In this document: positions 40,401 through 49,258 of the stretch, one piece after another
How positions within the stretch are numbered: position 1 is the first letter of the stretch
How the letters are laid out: each line of letters opens with the position of its first letter
Assembly (NCBI GenBank): GCA_036676665.1
Contig: JAKFCL010000092.1
Location: 6,521-70,520 of the forward strand
Source: Arenimonas sp.
GTDB lineage: Bacteria; Pseudomonadota; Gammaproteobacteria; Xanthomonadales; Xanthomonadaceae
DNA length: 64,000 nt
Direction of reading: 5' to 3'
Notes under the pieces: model-generated
The model's input: the letters and a program-made list of their open reading frames with translations, nothing else
Databases searched by the model: none
What the model was told of the DNA's origin: nothing
Position numbers and translations under genes: made by a program

Positions 40401-42815
40401 GCCGACCGGGTCGGTCGGGCCGCTGGGCGTGATGTTCGCGGCGCCACCGGTGACGGTCCAGACGATCGCCAGGTTCGCCGTCGGCGTGCCGCTGTCCTCG
40501 GCGATCACCGACAGCACCTGCGCGAAGTTGGTGCCGACCGTGCCGGTCTGGCCATTGCCGCCATTGATCGTCAGTGTCGGCACCGTCGAGACATTCGCGC
40601 CGAAGGCATGGCTGGATTCGTCGCCGCTGGCTCCGACCGCGTCGGGGTCGACGGACGCGGTCACCGCACCGACAAACGATCCGGCCGCCGTGGCGGTGAC
40701 GGTCACGCTGGCATCGCCATTGGCGTCGGTGCCGCTTGCGCCGGTGCTGAGGGTGAAGCCGGGAGCGGCGGTCCAGAGGACGGTCGTGCCCGCCAGCGGC
40801 CCGCCCGCCTGCTGCACGTCCACCGTGAACACCTGCGGCACGCCGACATCCATCGTGGCCGGGTCGGGGGTGACCGCCGTCGTCGTCGTCGGCGCCGGCG
40901 TCGCCGTCAGGTTGAACGTGACCAGCACGCCCGGCGCGTCGCCGCGCTCGGCGGTGATGACGATGGGGCCCGGCGCGCCGGCGGTGACGGTGGCCGTGGC
41001 GATGCCGGCGCCGTTGGTGGCCGGTCCGGGGACGATCGTCGCGGCACCGCTCACCAGGACCCAGTTGATCGTGACGCCCGGCGCGGGCACGCCGCTGTCC
41101 TCGGCGAGTACCTGCAGGGTCGGGAACGCCGAACCCTGCGGCGCGCTGTTGCCGTCGCCGGCATCGATGATCAGCGTCGGGGTGGCGGCGACGGTGACGT
41201 CGAACGAATAACTGGCTTCGTCGCCGGTCGCCGGCGTGCCGTCGACATCGACGCTGGCGGTCACCGCGTTGGTGTAGGTGCCGGGTGCCGATGGCGTGAT
41301 CGTGACGCTGGCCTCGCCATTGGCGCCGGTATTGCTGGTGGGCGCACTGGCGGTGAACGTGCCGGTGGTCGTCCAGGTGACCGTCGTGCCGACGACCGGC
41401 GCGGCCAGCTGCTCCACGTCGACCGTGAAGACCTGGCCGACGCCGTCGACGGCGTTGGCCGGGTCGGCAGTGACCGCGGTCATCGTCACCGGGGCCGGCG
41501 TCGCCGTCAGGTTGAACGTGAACGTCGCCGACGGCTCGTCGTTGCGGGTGGCCGAAATCGTGATCGGCCCCGCGGCCGTCGGCGTGACCGTGATCGACGA
41601 CTCGCCGATGGCGTCGGTCGTCGTGGTGGCGCTGCTCAGCGTCGCCGCGCCGCTGGTCACCAGCCAGTCGATCTGCACGCCCGGCGCGCCGACGATGCCG
41701 GTGCCGTCGTCGTCGTAGGCGGTGACGATCAGCGCATCGACGTACGGCGTGCCGACCTGGCTGGTCTGGCTGTCGCCGAACTCGTACGCCAGCGTGCGGT
41801 CGATCACCGTGATGGCGAACGTCGCGGACTGCGCACCGGTGCAGAAGGTGCAGCCGCTGCCGGCGCTGACGCTGTAGGTGCCCGGCAGCGTCGGCGTGAA
41901 TGTCGCGTTCGCCTTGCCGGCGAGGAGGTTCGTGCTGGAAAAGGTGCCGCCGCCCGTCGGGTTGATGCTCCAGAAGATGGTCGTGCCATCGGGCGCGTCG
42001 ACCGTCGGGCCGCCGTAGTCGACCGTCATCGTCGTCGAATCGCCGGTGAACATCGTCACCGTCAGCGGCGTGTCGTTCGTCATCGACGTCGGTTCGACGG
42101 TCACGGTGTACGGAATCGCCGGGACCGAGGAGCAGCCGAGTGGAGAACCGGCCACGCAGTCCAGCGTCGCGGTGAAGTTGTAGGTGGCGGCGGCCGTCCG
42201 GCTGGTGGTGACACTGGCGATGCCCGAACCGTTGGGTGCCACGGTCGTCGGCCCGGTGCTGAAGATGCTGCTGACGGTCCCGGGCGAGCTGTCGACGGTC
42301 AGCGCCGAGGCCAGCGTGAATGCCGTGCCCTGCGTCGTCGTGACCGCCGAGGGTCCGGACGCCGTGTAGACGAACGTGCTGTGGGTGGCGAAGTTGAAGG
42401 TCAGCTGGTCGCCGGCGCAACCGCCGTTGAGGCAGGTCGCGACGGCGGTGCCGGTGCCGGCCGCCGTGCCGCCGAGCGTCACCTGGAACGTGTACGGCGT
42501 ATCGAGCGCGATCGTCGGGGTGGTGGGCGGGACCACCGCGGCGCCGCCGGTGCTGTCGGTGCCGATGGCGATGCTGATGTCGACCGTCGTGTTGCAGGCG
42601 GTCTGGGCTTCCAGGGTGAAGCTGACCGTGCTGTTGGCAGGGCCGCTCTGCTGGACAGGAGTCAGCGAAACGAAGTCGCAGGTCTGCGCGAGCGACGCGG
42701 CGCTCCAGGTCATGCCCAGCAGCGTCAGCAGCGCGATCGCCGCGCTTCGCAACACCGTCGGGGAAAATGCGGAAACCGCCCGTCGGCCGCCCGTCGCGCC
42801 GCTGGAATTCTCCAT
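37482..42815 (-). CDS. Large autotransporter with bacterial Ig-like (Big_1/invasin-like) repeats
   Basis: Signal peptide (SLA|Q), Thr/Ala/Gly-rich beta-sandwich repeats, helical linker, C-terminal beta-barrel ending LGLRLEF. Confidence 0.85.
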   Translation of the reverse strand: MENSSGATGGRRAVSAFSPTVLRSAAIALLTLLGMTWSAASLAQTCDFVSLTPVQQSGPANSTVSFTLEAQTACNTTVDISIAIGTDSTGGAAVVPPTTPTIALDTPYTFQVTLGGTAAGTGTAVATCLNGGCAGDQLTFNFATHSTFVYTASGPSAVTTTQGTAFTLASALTVDSSPGTVSSIFSTGPTTVAPNGSGIASVTTSRTAAATYNFTATLDCVAGSPLGCSSVPAIPYTVTVEPTSMTNDTPLTVTMFTGDSTTMTVDYGGPTVDAPDGTTIFWSINPTGGGTFSSTNLLAGKANATFTPTLPGTYSVSAGSGCTFCTGAQSATFAITVIDRTLAYEFGDSQTSQVGTPYVDALIVTAYDDDGTGIVGAPGVQIDWLVTSGAATLSSATTTTDAIGESSITVTPTAAGPITISATRNDEPSATFTFNLTATPAPVTMTAVTADPANAVDGVGQVFTVDVEQLAAPVVGTTVTWTTTGTFTASAPTSNTGANGEASVTITPSAPGTYTNAVTASVDVDGTPATGDEASYSFDVTVAATPTLIIDAGDGNSAPQGSAFPTLQVLAEDSGVPAPGVTINWVLVSGAATIVPGPATNGAGIATATVTAGAPGPIVITAERGDAPGVLVTFNLTATPAPTTTTAVTPDPATMDVGVPQVFTVDVQQAGGPLAGTTVLWTAAPGFTLSTGASGTDANGDASVTVTATAAGSFVGAVTASVDPDAVGASGDESSHAFGANVSTVPTLTINGGNGQTGTVGTNFAQVLSVIAEDSGTPTANLAIVWTVTGGAANITPSGPTDPVGEAHLSVTPTAPGTITIRAERSDAPSVFVTFTLTAVAAKTLTAVTPNPAAGDVGTPMTFTVVLEQGGVPQAGQSIVWSAADPPFPAGPLPPVLTDANGEASVTLTPNAAGTFPASVAAVYDPDGIPANGDELDVHFDVTVSIVRTLTLVSGDNQTANAGTAFALPLDVLAEDSGTPVAGLLINWTLVSGSAIVDDAPLTDPTGHSTAAITASAPGPIQIRAERSDDPAQFVVFNLNAVAAPYLLTAVSPNPATGTVGTAMPVTVELTQGGAPVPGATIQWAAGTPFAPASSSGATDAGGQATASFTPSAPGSFTAAIVATYDPDGIPANGDEVEVNFDATVGTVATLAITGGNGQSALAGSAFALPLQVLAEDSGNPAAGIGITWTVTGDATVTASGATDASGNASATATAGSTAGPVAVTATRQDDPGVSVTFNLNVTALGTLTIAAGDGQTLQSGVASAPLQVELTDAGGLPVAGATIDWTTSTGTLASATSVTDAAGIASNSVTTTTAGKVTVTASSPLAAAPAVFALNGGLANLAGLDPVQTEVAEAIDALCPALAAMATLTPEQADLLARCRELTEAGGIDPAAAIDAIDELMTDVARAQGNAAMLAMQAQFQNLKTRIAALRSGTQGTSFGGLAINTSTGPISLETLSSAFAAEEETGPATSAAAEAEIGADFSRWGFFASGTIGRGEADEGRIDPAFDYDINGITAGVDYRKGDNLIFGGAFGYTRQDTDLPDGRGGIETSGWSLSAYGTYYTANSWYADAVLTMGRNDYDMVRHIEYTVPLSGGGTSTIAQTARANAGGDLLSAAFTAGRDFNRGALGIGPYARLLYTRLGFDAIEEELMAGTPGSGLGLRVEERELTSLATQIGGKLTYTHSTDWGVLMPHLQLEWEHEFKDDPQAIEARFLNDPTGTGIFVRGDEMDTDYFRIGLGLSMVLTKGRSGFVYYEHLLGRDGYSQWNLALGLRLEF
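38805..41800 (-). repeat. Intragenic tandem Ig-like domain repeats, (A-B)x4-A-A, ~600-bp period
   Basis: Recurrent 'GDG/NQ..GS/TAF..L.VLAEDSG.P' A units and B units with DxDxxxxxGDE loops near 41220, 40620, 40015 and 39410. Boundaries approximate. Confidence 0.75.
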
Positions 42816-42915
42816 CGCTTTTCCCCTGGATTGCGGATATAACTCGGCCCGAGTATAGCGGCTGACGCGCCGCTGCAAGGGCCTCGGCGCGGGTCGCATT
42901 GCTTCCTTCGGAGCC

Positions 42916-44934
42916 ATGCCAAAAATGAACGCGCAACCCGCCTGTCCGGTTCGTACCCGACTCTTCGTTTGTCTGTCTTCCGCGTTGCTGGCGACGATGG
43001 CCGGATGGCCCGTCAGTCCCGCCAACGCGGCCGTGCGGAATGCCGAGGACCTGCTCATCGTCGACTGCCTGTTGCCCGGGCAGCTTCGCAAGCTCGGCCG
43101 GCAGGCGACCTTCATGAGCGCGCGTCGCCCGATCCGCACGACCCAGGCCGATTGCGAGATCCGCGGTGGCGAGTACGTTGCCTATGATCGTGCCAACTAC
43201 CAGACCGCATTGAAGGTCTGGCTGGACGGTGCGATGTCCGGCGATCCGGAAGCGCAGAACAACGTCGGCGAGATCTACTCCAAGGGCCTGGGTACCGCCC
43301 CCGACTACGGCATGGCGTTCCAGTGGTTCAAGAAGGCGGCGGACCAGGGCTACGGGCGCGCCAAGATCAACCTCGGTTACCTGTACGAACAGGGCCTGGG
43401 CGTCGCGCAGGACCAGGCCATGGCCCTGAACCTCTACCGCGAGGCGTCCGGCATCCAGGACGAGCTGCTGTACGCGTCGGTGGTGCAGGTGCAGATCAAG
43501 GCCAAGGACGAGCAGATCTCCGGATTGCAGCAGGAGGTCCGCGAAGGCGAGGCCGAATCGGCGGCGCTGCGCGAACAGGTGCAGCAGCTGCAGCGCGAGG
43601 TCGCGCAGCGGCGCAGCGCATTGCAGGCGGCGAACTCGGAGCTGGCGTCCACCCGCGAAAAACTGGCGCAGGCGCGCCAGCAGCAGGACGACGACCTGAC
43701 CCGGCTGCTGGAGAACCAGCTGCTGTCGCAGGAAGAGCAGATCAACAGCCAGCGCACCCAGCTCGCCTCGCTCGAGCAGCGCGCCGGCGCGGCATCCACC
43801 GGCGGCGGCATGTATGCGGCGGCGCCGATGCTCGAAATCCTCGACCCGGTGTTCGTCGCCACCCGTGGGCGCAACACCGCGGTCTATCGCGGCGGCCCGG
43901 GCGAACGCCAGGTGGTCGGCCGCATCACCTCGCCGCAGCTGGTGCAGTCGGTGACCGTCAACGGCAAACCGGCGCCGATCGCGGCGAACGGGTCGTTCTC
44001 CGCGAAGGTCGACGTTCCCGCCGCCGGCGCCCAGGTGCAGGTGGCCGCGATCGACAAGAAGGGCGCCCGCGCGCAGCTGGACTTCACGCTGCTGCCGCAG
44101 GCCGGCGGCAGCTCGGCGGCGGCCGCGACACCGGCCGCGAGCGGCGCGCTTCCCGGCGACGTGAAGCTGGGCCGTTACCACGCCGTCGTGATCGGCAACA
44201 ACGCCTACCGCGATCCGGGTTACGCGGCGCTGCAGAGCGCCGCCAACGACGCCAACGCGGTCGCGTCGCTGCTGCGTTCGCGCTATGGCTACCAGACCAC
44301 GCTGGTGCTCAACGGCAGCCGCCTGGAAATCCTCACCGCGCTCAACGAGATGCGCGAGAAGCTCAAGCCCGAGGACAATCTGCTGATCTATTACGCCGGC
44401 CACGGCGAGATCGACGCGTCCGGAAAGGGCTACTGGGTCCCGACCGACGGCGCGTCCGGGGCCAGCAAGACCTGGATATCGAATGCGCAGATCAGCGACA
44501 TCCTCAACACCGTCGCCGCCAAGCACGTGCTGGTGGTCGCCGACTCGTGCTATTCGGGCACGATGACGCGCGCGTCGGCGCCGACGTTCGACGCCGGATC
44601 GATGCCGGCGGAGAAGTGGGCCGGCTGGGTCAAGGCGATGAACAACGGCCGCTCGCGCACGGCGATGACGTCCGGCGGCGTGTCGCCGGTGCCGGACACC
44701 GGCAGCGGCCGGCACAGCTATTTCGCCCGCGCGTTCCTGAACGTCCTGCAGGACAACAACAAGCTGCTCGAAGCGCAGCGCCTGTACCAGGAGGTCAGCA
44801 CGTCGCTGGCGCTGGGCTCGGCCAGCTCCCCGGTGCCGCAGAATCCGGAATACGCGCCGATCCGCTTCGCCGGCCACGAGAGCGGCGGCTTCTTCTTCAT
44901 GCCCCGTGGGGGCGCCGCCGCCGCGGGTCCCTGA
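42916..44934 (+). CDS. Exported Sel1-repeat / coiled-coil / caspase-like (peptidase C14) protein
   Basis: Signal peptide (ANA|A), two Sel1 repeats (AQNNVGEIY, AKINLGYLY), coiled coil, C14 domain with YYAGHG and ADSCYSG dyad. Confidence 0.88.
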   Translation: MPKMNAQPACPVRTRLFVCLSSALLATMAGWPVSPANAAVRNAEDLLIVDCLLPGQLRKLGRQATFMSARRPIRTTQADCEIRGGEYVAYDRANYQTALKVWLDGAMSGDPEAQNNVGEIYSKGLGTAPDYGMAFQWFKKAADQGYGRAKINLGYLYEQGLGVAQDQAMALNLYREASGIQDELLYASVVQVQIKAKDEQISGLQQEVREGEAESAALREQVQQLQREVAQRRSALQAANSELASTREKLAQARQQQDDDLTRLLENQLLSQEEQINSQRTQLASLEQRAGAASTGGGMYAAAPMLEILDPVFVATRGRNTAVYRGGPGERQVVGRITSPQLVQSVTVNGKPAPIAANGSFSAKVDVPAAGAQVQVAAIDKKGARAQLDFTLLPQAGGSSAAAATPAASGALPGDVKLGRYHAVVIGNNAYRDPGYAALQSAANDANAVASLLRSRYGYQTTLVLNGSRLEILTALNEMREKLKPEDNLLIYYAGHGEIDASGKGYWVPTDGASGASKTWISNAQISDILNTVAAKHVLVVADSCYSGTMTRASAPTFDAGSMPAEKWAGWVKAMNNGRSRTAMTSGGVSPVPDTGSGRHSYFARAFLNVLQDNNKLLEAQRLYQEVSTSLALGSASSPVPQNPEYAPIRFAGHESGGFFFMPRGGAAAAGP

Positions 44935-45004
44935 GGCTGGCGCCGTCGTCGCGGGCCGCCTATAATTCGCGGCCCCGGCGGTTGCGACCGCTGCGCCGGG
45001 TCCC

Positions 45005-45094
<90 letters not shown>

Positions 45095-45106
45095 TTTGAA
45101 GTCGAT

Positions 45107-45138
45107 TGGGGCCCCTGGAAAGGGGCCCCATTTGCTTT
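45107..45138 (+). terminator. Intrinsic terminator
   Basis: TGGGGCCCCT-GGAA-AGGGGCCCCA followed by TTT. Confidence 0.7.
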
Positions 45139-45240
45139 CACGGGTCGGCCGGTGCGGGCGGCCGGGCGTCCGGAGGATCCGGGCCGTCGCGGCCTCGCCG
45201 CCGCGATAGAATCGCGGACTCACTCCACGAGCACCGCCCC

Positions 45241-45642
45241 ATGTCCGAGATCCTGGCCCCCGTCTCCTTCGGCGAACTGCTCGACAAGATCGCAATCCTG
45301 CAGATCAAGTCCGAGCGCATGACCGACCCGGCCAAGCTGGCCAATGTCCGCAACGAGCTGTCGGCGCTCGAATCGACGTGGATGGCGCACCCGGTGGCTT
45401 CGGCCGACATCGCCCGCCTGCGCGCCGACCTCAAGGCCGTCAACGCGCGCCTGTGGGACATCGAGGACGACATCCGCCTGAAGGAAAAGGCGCAGGCCTT
45501 CGACGACGAGTTCATCCGGCTGGCACGGGCGGTCTATTTCGAGAACGACGAGCGGGCGCGGATCAAGAAGGACATCAACCTGGCGCTGGGCTCGGCCTAC
45601 GTCGAGGAAAAGAGCTACCAGGACTACCGCGCCGGCGCCTGA
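45241..45642 (+). CDS. DUF6165-family protein
   Basis: PVSFGELLDKIAILQIK...LWDIEDDIR...NDERARIK...EEKSY. Confidence 0.8.
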   Translation: MSEILAPVSFGELLDKIAILQIKSERMTDPAKLANVRNELSALESTWMAHPVASADIARLRADLKAVNARLWDIEDDIRLKEKAQAFDDEFIRLARAVYFENDERARIKKDINLALGSAYVEEKSYQDYRAGA

Positions 45643-46691
45643 GGCGCACCGGTCCGGGCGGCGCGGAAGGCCTCGAAGCGGCCGATCGCATCGTCCACCG
45701 TCACCAGGTCCATGACGCCGGGGAACTCGATCCGGCGTCCCCACGCCACCTGGTCCACCGGCCGGTTCAGGAACGCTGCGGCGGCCTGCGGGTAGCGGTT
45801 GATCGTCCAGCGCAGGTCCGAATAGGGCCCCGATCGGGTGCCGTCGGTGCAGGCGTACAGACCCAGCACGGCCGTGCCCATCGCGTTGGCCATCTGCGCC
45901 GGTCCCGAATCCGGGGTCAGCACCAGCGTCGCCCGTTCCAGCAGTGCCAGCAGCTGCTTCAGGGTGTCCTTGCCGACGAGGTCGAGCGCCGGCGCCTGCA
46001 TCGCCGCGACGATCGCGTCGGTCGTTTGCCGCTCCAGCTCGCTGCGGCCGCCGCAGATGGCGACGCGCCACCCTTGCGCGGCGGCGTGGTCGGCGACCGC
46101 GGCGTAGCGTTCCGGACGCCAGTTGCGCAGCGGATGGCTGGAACACGGCGACACCAGCAGCGTCGGCTGGGGTCCCGGCAGCTGTTCGGCGGCCCAGGCG
46201 CGCGCCGCCTCCGGCACTGGCATGCGCCACTCGATCGCGCCCGGCCGCAGGCCCAGCGGCCGCAGGAACTGCTGGAACGCGTCGAGCACGTGATGCCCGC
46301 CGGGCGGGATGCGCTCGTTGATGAACAGCGAATGGCCTTCCTTGCTGCGGGCGCGGTCGTAGCCGATGCGGCGTTCCGCGCGGATCGCCGTCGACGCCAG
46401 CGCCGCCCGCAGCGAGAGCTGCAGGTGCAGCAGGACGTCGAACCGGCGCCCCGCCAGCTGCTCGCGCAGGCGCCGCCACGCGGCCAGCCCGGCGGACTTC
46501 TCGAACACGACAAGCTCGACGCCGTCCAGGCCCTCGAGCATCTTCGCCTCGCCCTTGCCGATCACCCAGGTCAGCGCCGCCTCCGGGTAGCCGCGCTGAA
46601 GCGCCCGGACCAGCGGCAGCACATGGGTGGCATCGCCGAGCGCCGACAGGCGCAGCAGGCAGATCGAGCGCGGCACGGGGTGCACGGTCAT
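45624..46691 (-). CDS. Glycosyltransferase family 9 (heptosyltransferase/OpsX-like)
   Basis: LRLSALGD, DSGPAQMA. Divergent from kdkA. Confidence 0.88.
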   Translation of the reverse strand: MTVHPVPRSICLLRLSALGDATHVLPLVRALQRGYPEAALTWVIGKGEAKMLEGLDGVELVVFEKSAGLAAWRRLREQLAGRRFDVLLHLQLSLRAALASTAIRAERRIGYDRARSKEGHSLFINERIPPGGHHVLDAFQQFLRPLGLRPGAIEWRMPVPEAARAWAAEQLPGPQPTLLVSPCSSHPLRNWRPERYAAVADHAAAQGWRVAICGGRSELERQTTDAIVAAMQAPALDLVGKDTLKQLLALLERATLVLTPDSGPAQMANAMGTAVLGLYACTDGTRSGPYSDLRWTINRYPQAAAAFLNRPVDQVAWGRRIEFPGVMDLVTVDDAIGRFEAFRAARTGAPQAPAR

Positions 46692-46709
46692 TGGTTAGAC
46701 TGCTCGGCC

Positions 46710-47459
46710 ATGGAAGTGGAATACGCCGCCGAAGAGCGCCAGCAGACGTTCCGCGACCCCCGCGGGGACGGAGCGATTGTGTTCGACGCGGCGCGCATGC
46801 GGCAAGCCGCGCCCGGGATGCTGGAAGCCGAGTGGTGGGGCGACGCCGCCACGCCGGTGGTGTCCGGCGGCCGCGGCGCCGCGTGGTTCGTGCGCGGCCC
46901 GTTCGGCGAGGGCGTGTTGCGCCGCTACCGTCGCGGCGGTGCCGCCGCGCGATTCAGCCAGGACCGCTATCTGTGGCTCGGCGCCGAACGCGTGCGCAGC
47001 GTCGCCGAATTCCGCCTGCTCGCAGGCCTGCGTGCGCTGGGGTTGCCGGTGCCGGCGCCGCTGCTGGCGGGCTGGTGGCGGCGGGGCGCGACCTACCGCG
47101 CGGCGATCCTCGTCGAGCGCATCGCCGGTGCACGCGCGTTGGCGGGCTGGCTGGGACCGTCGGCGGATGCGGCGCCGTGGGAGTCGATCGGCGCGACGAT
47201 CGCGCGGTTCCACCGGAACGGCCTCGACCACGCCGACCTCAACGCCCACAACATCCTGGTCGACGCGGACGAACGCCCCTGGCTGATCGACCTGGACCGC
47301 AGCCGCCGACGCGCCCCCGGCGAAGCCTGGGTGCGCGGCAACCTCGCGCGCCTCCAGCGTTCGCTGGCCAAGCTTTCGCCGGACGACGACCGCTGGCGCC
47401 CCGGCTATTCGCGACTGCTCGCCACCCACGCCGCCACGCTCGCCGGAGACGGGGCATGA
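46710..47459 (+). CDS. kdkA: Kdo kinase
   Basis: GGRGAAWF, LRRYRRGG, HADLNAHNIL, IDLD. Confidence 0.9.
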   Translation: MEVEYAAEERQQTFRDPRGDGAIVFDAARMRQAAPGMLEAEWWGDAATPVVSGGRGAAWFVRGPFGEGVLRRYRRGGAAARFSQDRYLWLGAERVRSVAEFRLLAGLRALGLPVPAPLLAGWWRRGATYRAAILVERIAGARALAGWLGPSADAAPWESIGATIARFHRNGLDHADLNAHNILVDADERPWLIDLDRSRRRAPGEAWVRGNLARLQRSLAKLSPDDDRWRPGYSRLLATHAATLAGDGA

Positions 47460-48208
47460 GCTGGTCGCTGCGCTTCCTCGGTGTCGGCAACGCGCAGGCG
47501 GCGGTGTCGCTCGGCGCCGCGTCGGCGGTCATCGAGCGCGACGGGCAGGCGGAACTGATGATCGACTGCGGGCAGGAAGCGTTGACGGCATTCCAGCACC
47601 ACTACGGGGCGCTGCCCGACGCCGTATTCGTCACGCATGTGCACATGGACCACGTGGCGGGACTGGAGCGGCTGTTCTTCGCGACCTATTTCGATCCGGC
47701 ACGACGAGGCAAGGTGCGGCTGTACGTTCCGGTCGGCGTTCTGCCGCACCTGCAGGCGCGGCTCGCCGATTACCCCGGCGTGGTGGCCGAAGGCGACGCC
47801 AACTGGTGGGATGCCTGGCAGCTGGTGCCGGTGACCCGGGGTTTCTGGCATCGCGGGCAGTGGTACGACGTGTTCCCGGTTCGCCACCATCTGCCCGACA
47901 CCGCGTTCGGCCTGCGCCTGCGCGGCAGCGTCGTCTGGACCGGGGACACGCGTCCGATCCCCGAAATGCTGGCACGCCACGCCGATGCCGGCGAACCGGT
48001 CGCGCACGACTGCGCGCTGCACGGCAATCCGTCGCACAGCGGCGTGGACGACCTGGAGCGCGAATACCCCGGCGAGCTGCTGGCGCGCTGCGTGCTCTAC
48101 CACTACGCGTCGCTGGCCGATGGCGAGGCGCTGCGCGCGCGCGGCCACCGGGTCGCCCGCGCCGGCGACGTGCTGGCGCTGGCCGATCCGTTGCCGGGGC
48201 CCGCGTGA
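47456..48208 (+). CDS. MBL-fold metallo-hydrolase (RNase Z/phosphodiesterase-like)
   Basis: FLGVG, IDCG, THVHMDH, TGDT, YHY. ATGA overlap with kdkA. Confidence 0.85.
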   Translation: MSWSLRFLGVGNAQAAVSLGAASAVIERDGQAELMIDCGQEALTAFQHHYGALPDAVFVTHVHMDHVAGLERLFFATYFDPARRGKVRLYVPVGVLPHLQARLADYPGVVAEGDANWWDAWQLVPVTRGFWHRGQWYDVFPVRHHLPDTAFGLRLRGSVVWTGDTRPIPEMLARHADAGEPVAHDCALHGNPSHSGVDDLEREYPGELLARCVLYHYASLADGEALRARGHRVARAGDVLALADPLPGPA

Positions 48209-49230
48209 ACGCGGTGGCGCCGGGCGGCGGCGTGCTGCCGGTGGACCGTCTCGGCCGGCCGATGCACGACCTGCGCGTGTCGGTGATCGAGACCTGCAAT
48301 TACCGCTGCCCGTACTGCATGCCGGCCGACCGTTTCCCGGCCGACGACGGCCTGGACCGGGCATCGCGCCTGGGTTTCGACGAGATCGAGACCGCGGTGC
48401 GCGCGTTCGTGCGCCTCGGCGTCGGCAAGGTGCGGCTGACCGGCGGCGAGCCGCTGCTGCGCAAGGGCCTGCCGGAGCTGGTGGCGCGGCTGGCGAAGAT
48501 ACCGGGCATCGACGACCTCGCGCTGACCACCAACGGCTCGTTGCTGGCGGCGCAGGCGCGGCCGCTGCGCGAGGCCGGCCTGCGAAGGCTCACCGTCAGT
48601 GTCGACGCGCTGGACCCGGGCCTGTTCCGTACCCTGTCCGGTGATCGCGGCGACCTCGCCGACGTGCTCGCGGGCATTGCCGCCGCCGAACGGGCTGGTT
48701 TCCGCTCGATCAAGATCAACTGCGTCGTGCAGCGCGGCGTCAACGACGACGAAGTGCTGGCGCTGGCCGGGCACTTCCGCGGCACCCCGCACGTGCCGCG
48801 CTTCATCGAATACATGGATGTCGGCACGTGCAACGGCTGGCGGCGCGAACGGGTCGTGCCTTCGGCGGAGCTGCGCGACCGCATCGACGCCCGCTGGCCG
48901 TTGCGCGCGCTGACGCCGAGCTATCGCGGCGAGGTGGCCTCGCGGCACGCCTACGCCGACGGGGCCGGCGAGGTCGGTTTTGTCAGCTCGGTCAGCGCGC
49001 CGTTCTGCGGCGACTGCCATCGCGCCCGGCTGTCGGCCGATGGCCAGCTGTTCACCTGCCTGTTCGCCGGGCGCGGGCATCCGCTTCGCGACCGCATCGC
49101 CGATGGCGAGGAAGCATTGGCCGCGCACCTGTCGACGCTTTGGCGGGCGCGCGCGGACCGCTACAGCGAACAGCGCGCGACCGCGGCGCCGGACCGGCGC
49201 AAGATCGAGATGTACTACATCGGCGGCTGA
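48205..49230 (+). CDS. moaA: GTP 3',8-cyclase MoaA
   Basis: [24 protein letters not shown], terminal IGG. Confidence 0.95.
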   Translation: MNAVAPGGGVLPVDRLGRPMHDLRVSVIETCNYRCPYCMPADRFPADDGLDRASRLGFDEIETAVRAFVRLGVGKVRLTGGEPLLRKGLPELVARLAKIPGIDDLALTTNGSLLAAQARPLREAGLRRLTVSVDALDPGLFRTLSGDRGDLADVLAGIAAAERAGFRSIKINCVVQRGVNDDEVLALAGHFRGTPHVPRFIEYMDVGTCNGWRRERVVPSAELRDRIDARWPLRALTPSYRGEVASRHAYADGAGEVGFVSSVSAPFCGDCHRARLSADGQLFTCLFAGRGHPLRDRIADGEEALAAHLSTLWRARADRYSEQRATAAPDRRKIEMYYIGG

Positions 49231-49258
49231 CCGCCGCCCGCACCCCAGGATCGACCCG

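Noticed and set aside
38805-41800. ~600-bp periodic repeats as a CRISPR or mobile repeat
   Set aside because: They are degenerate, in-frame protein domain repeats. No short identical repeats with spacers and no cas genes.
45624-45642. Convergent 3' overlap of DUF6165 and GT9 as an antisense system
   Set aside because: Short tail-to-tail overlaps are common in compact GC-rich genomes and there is no further evidence.
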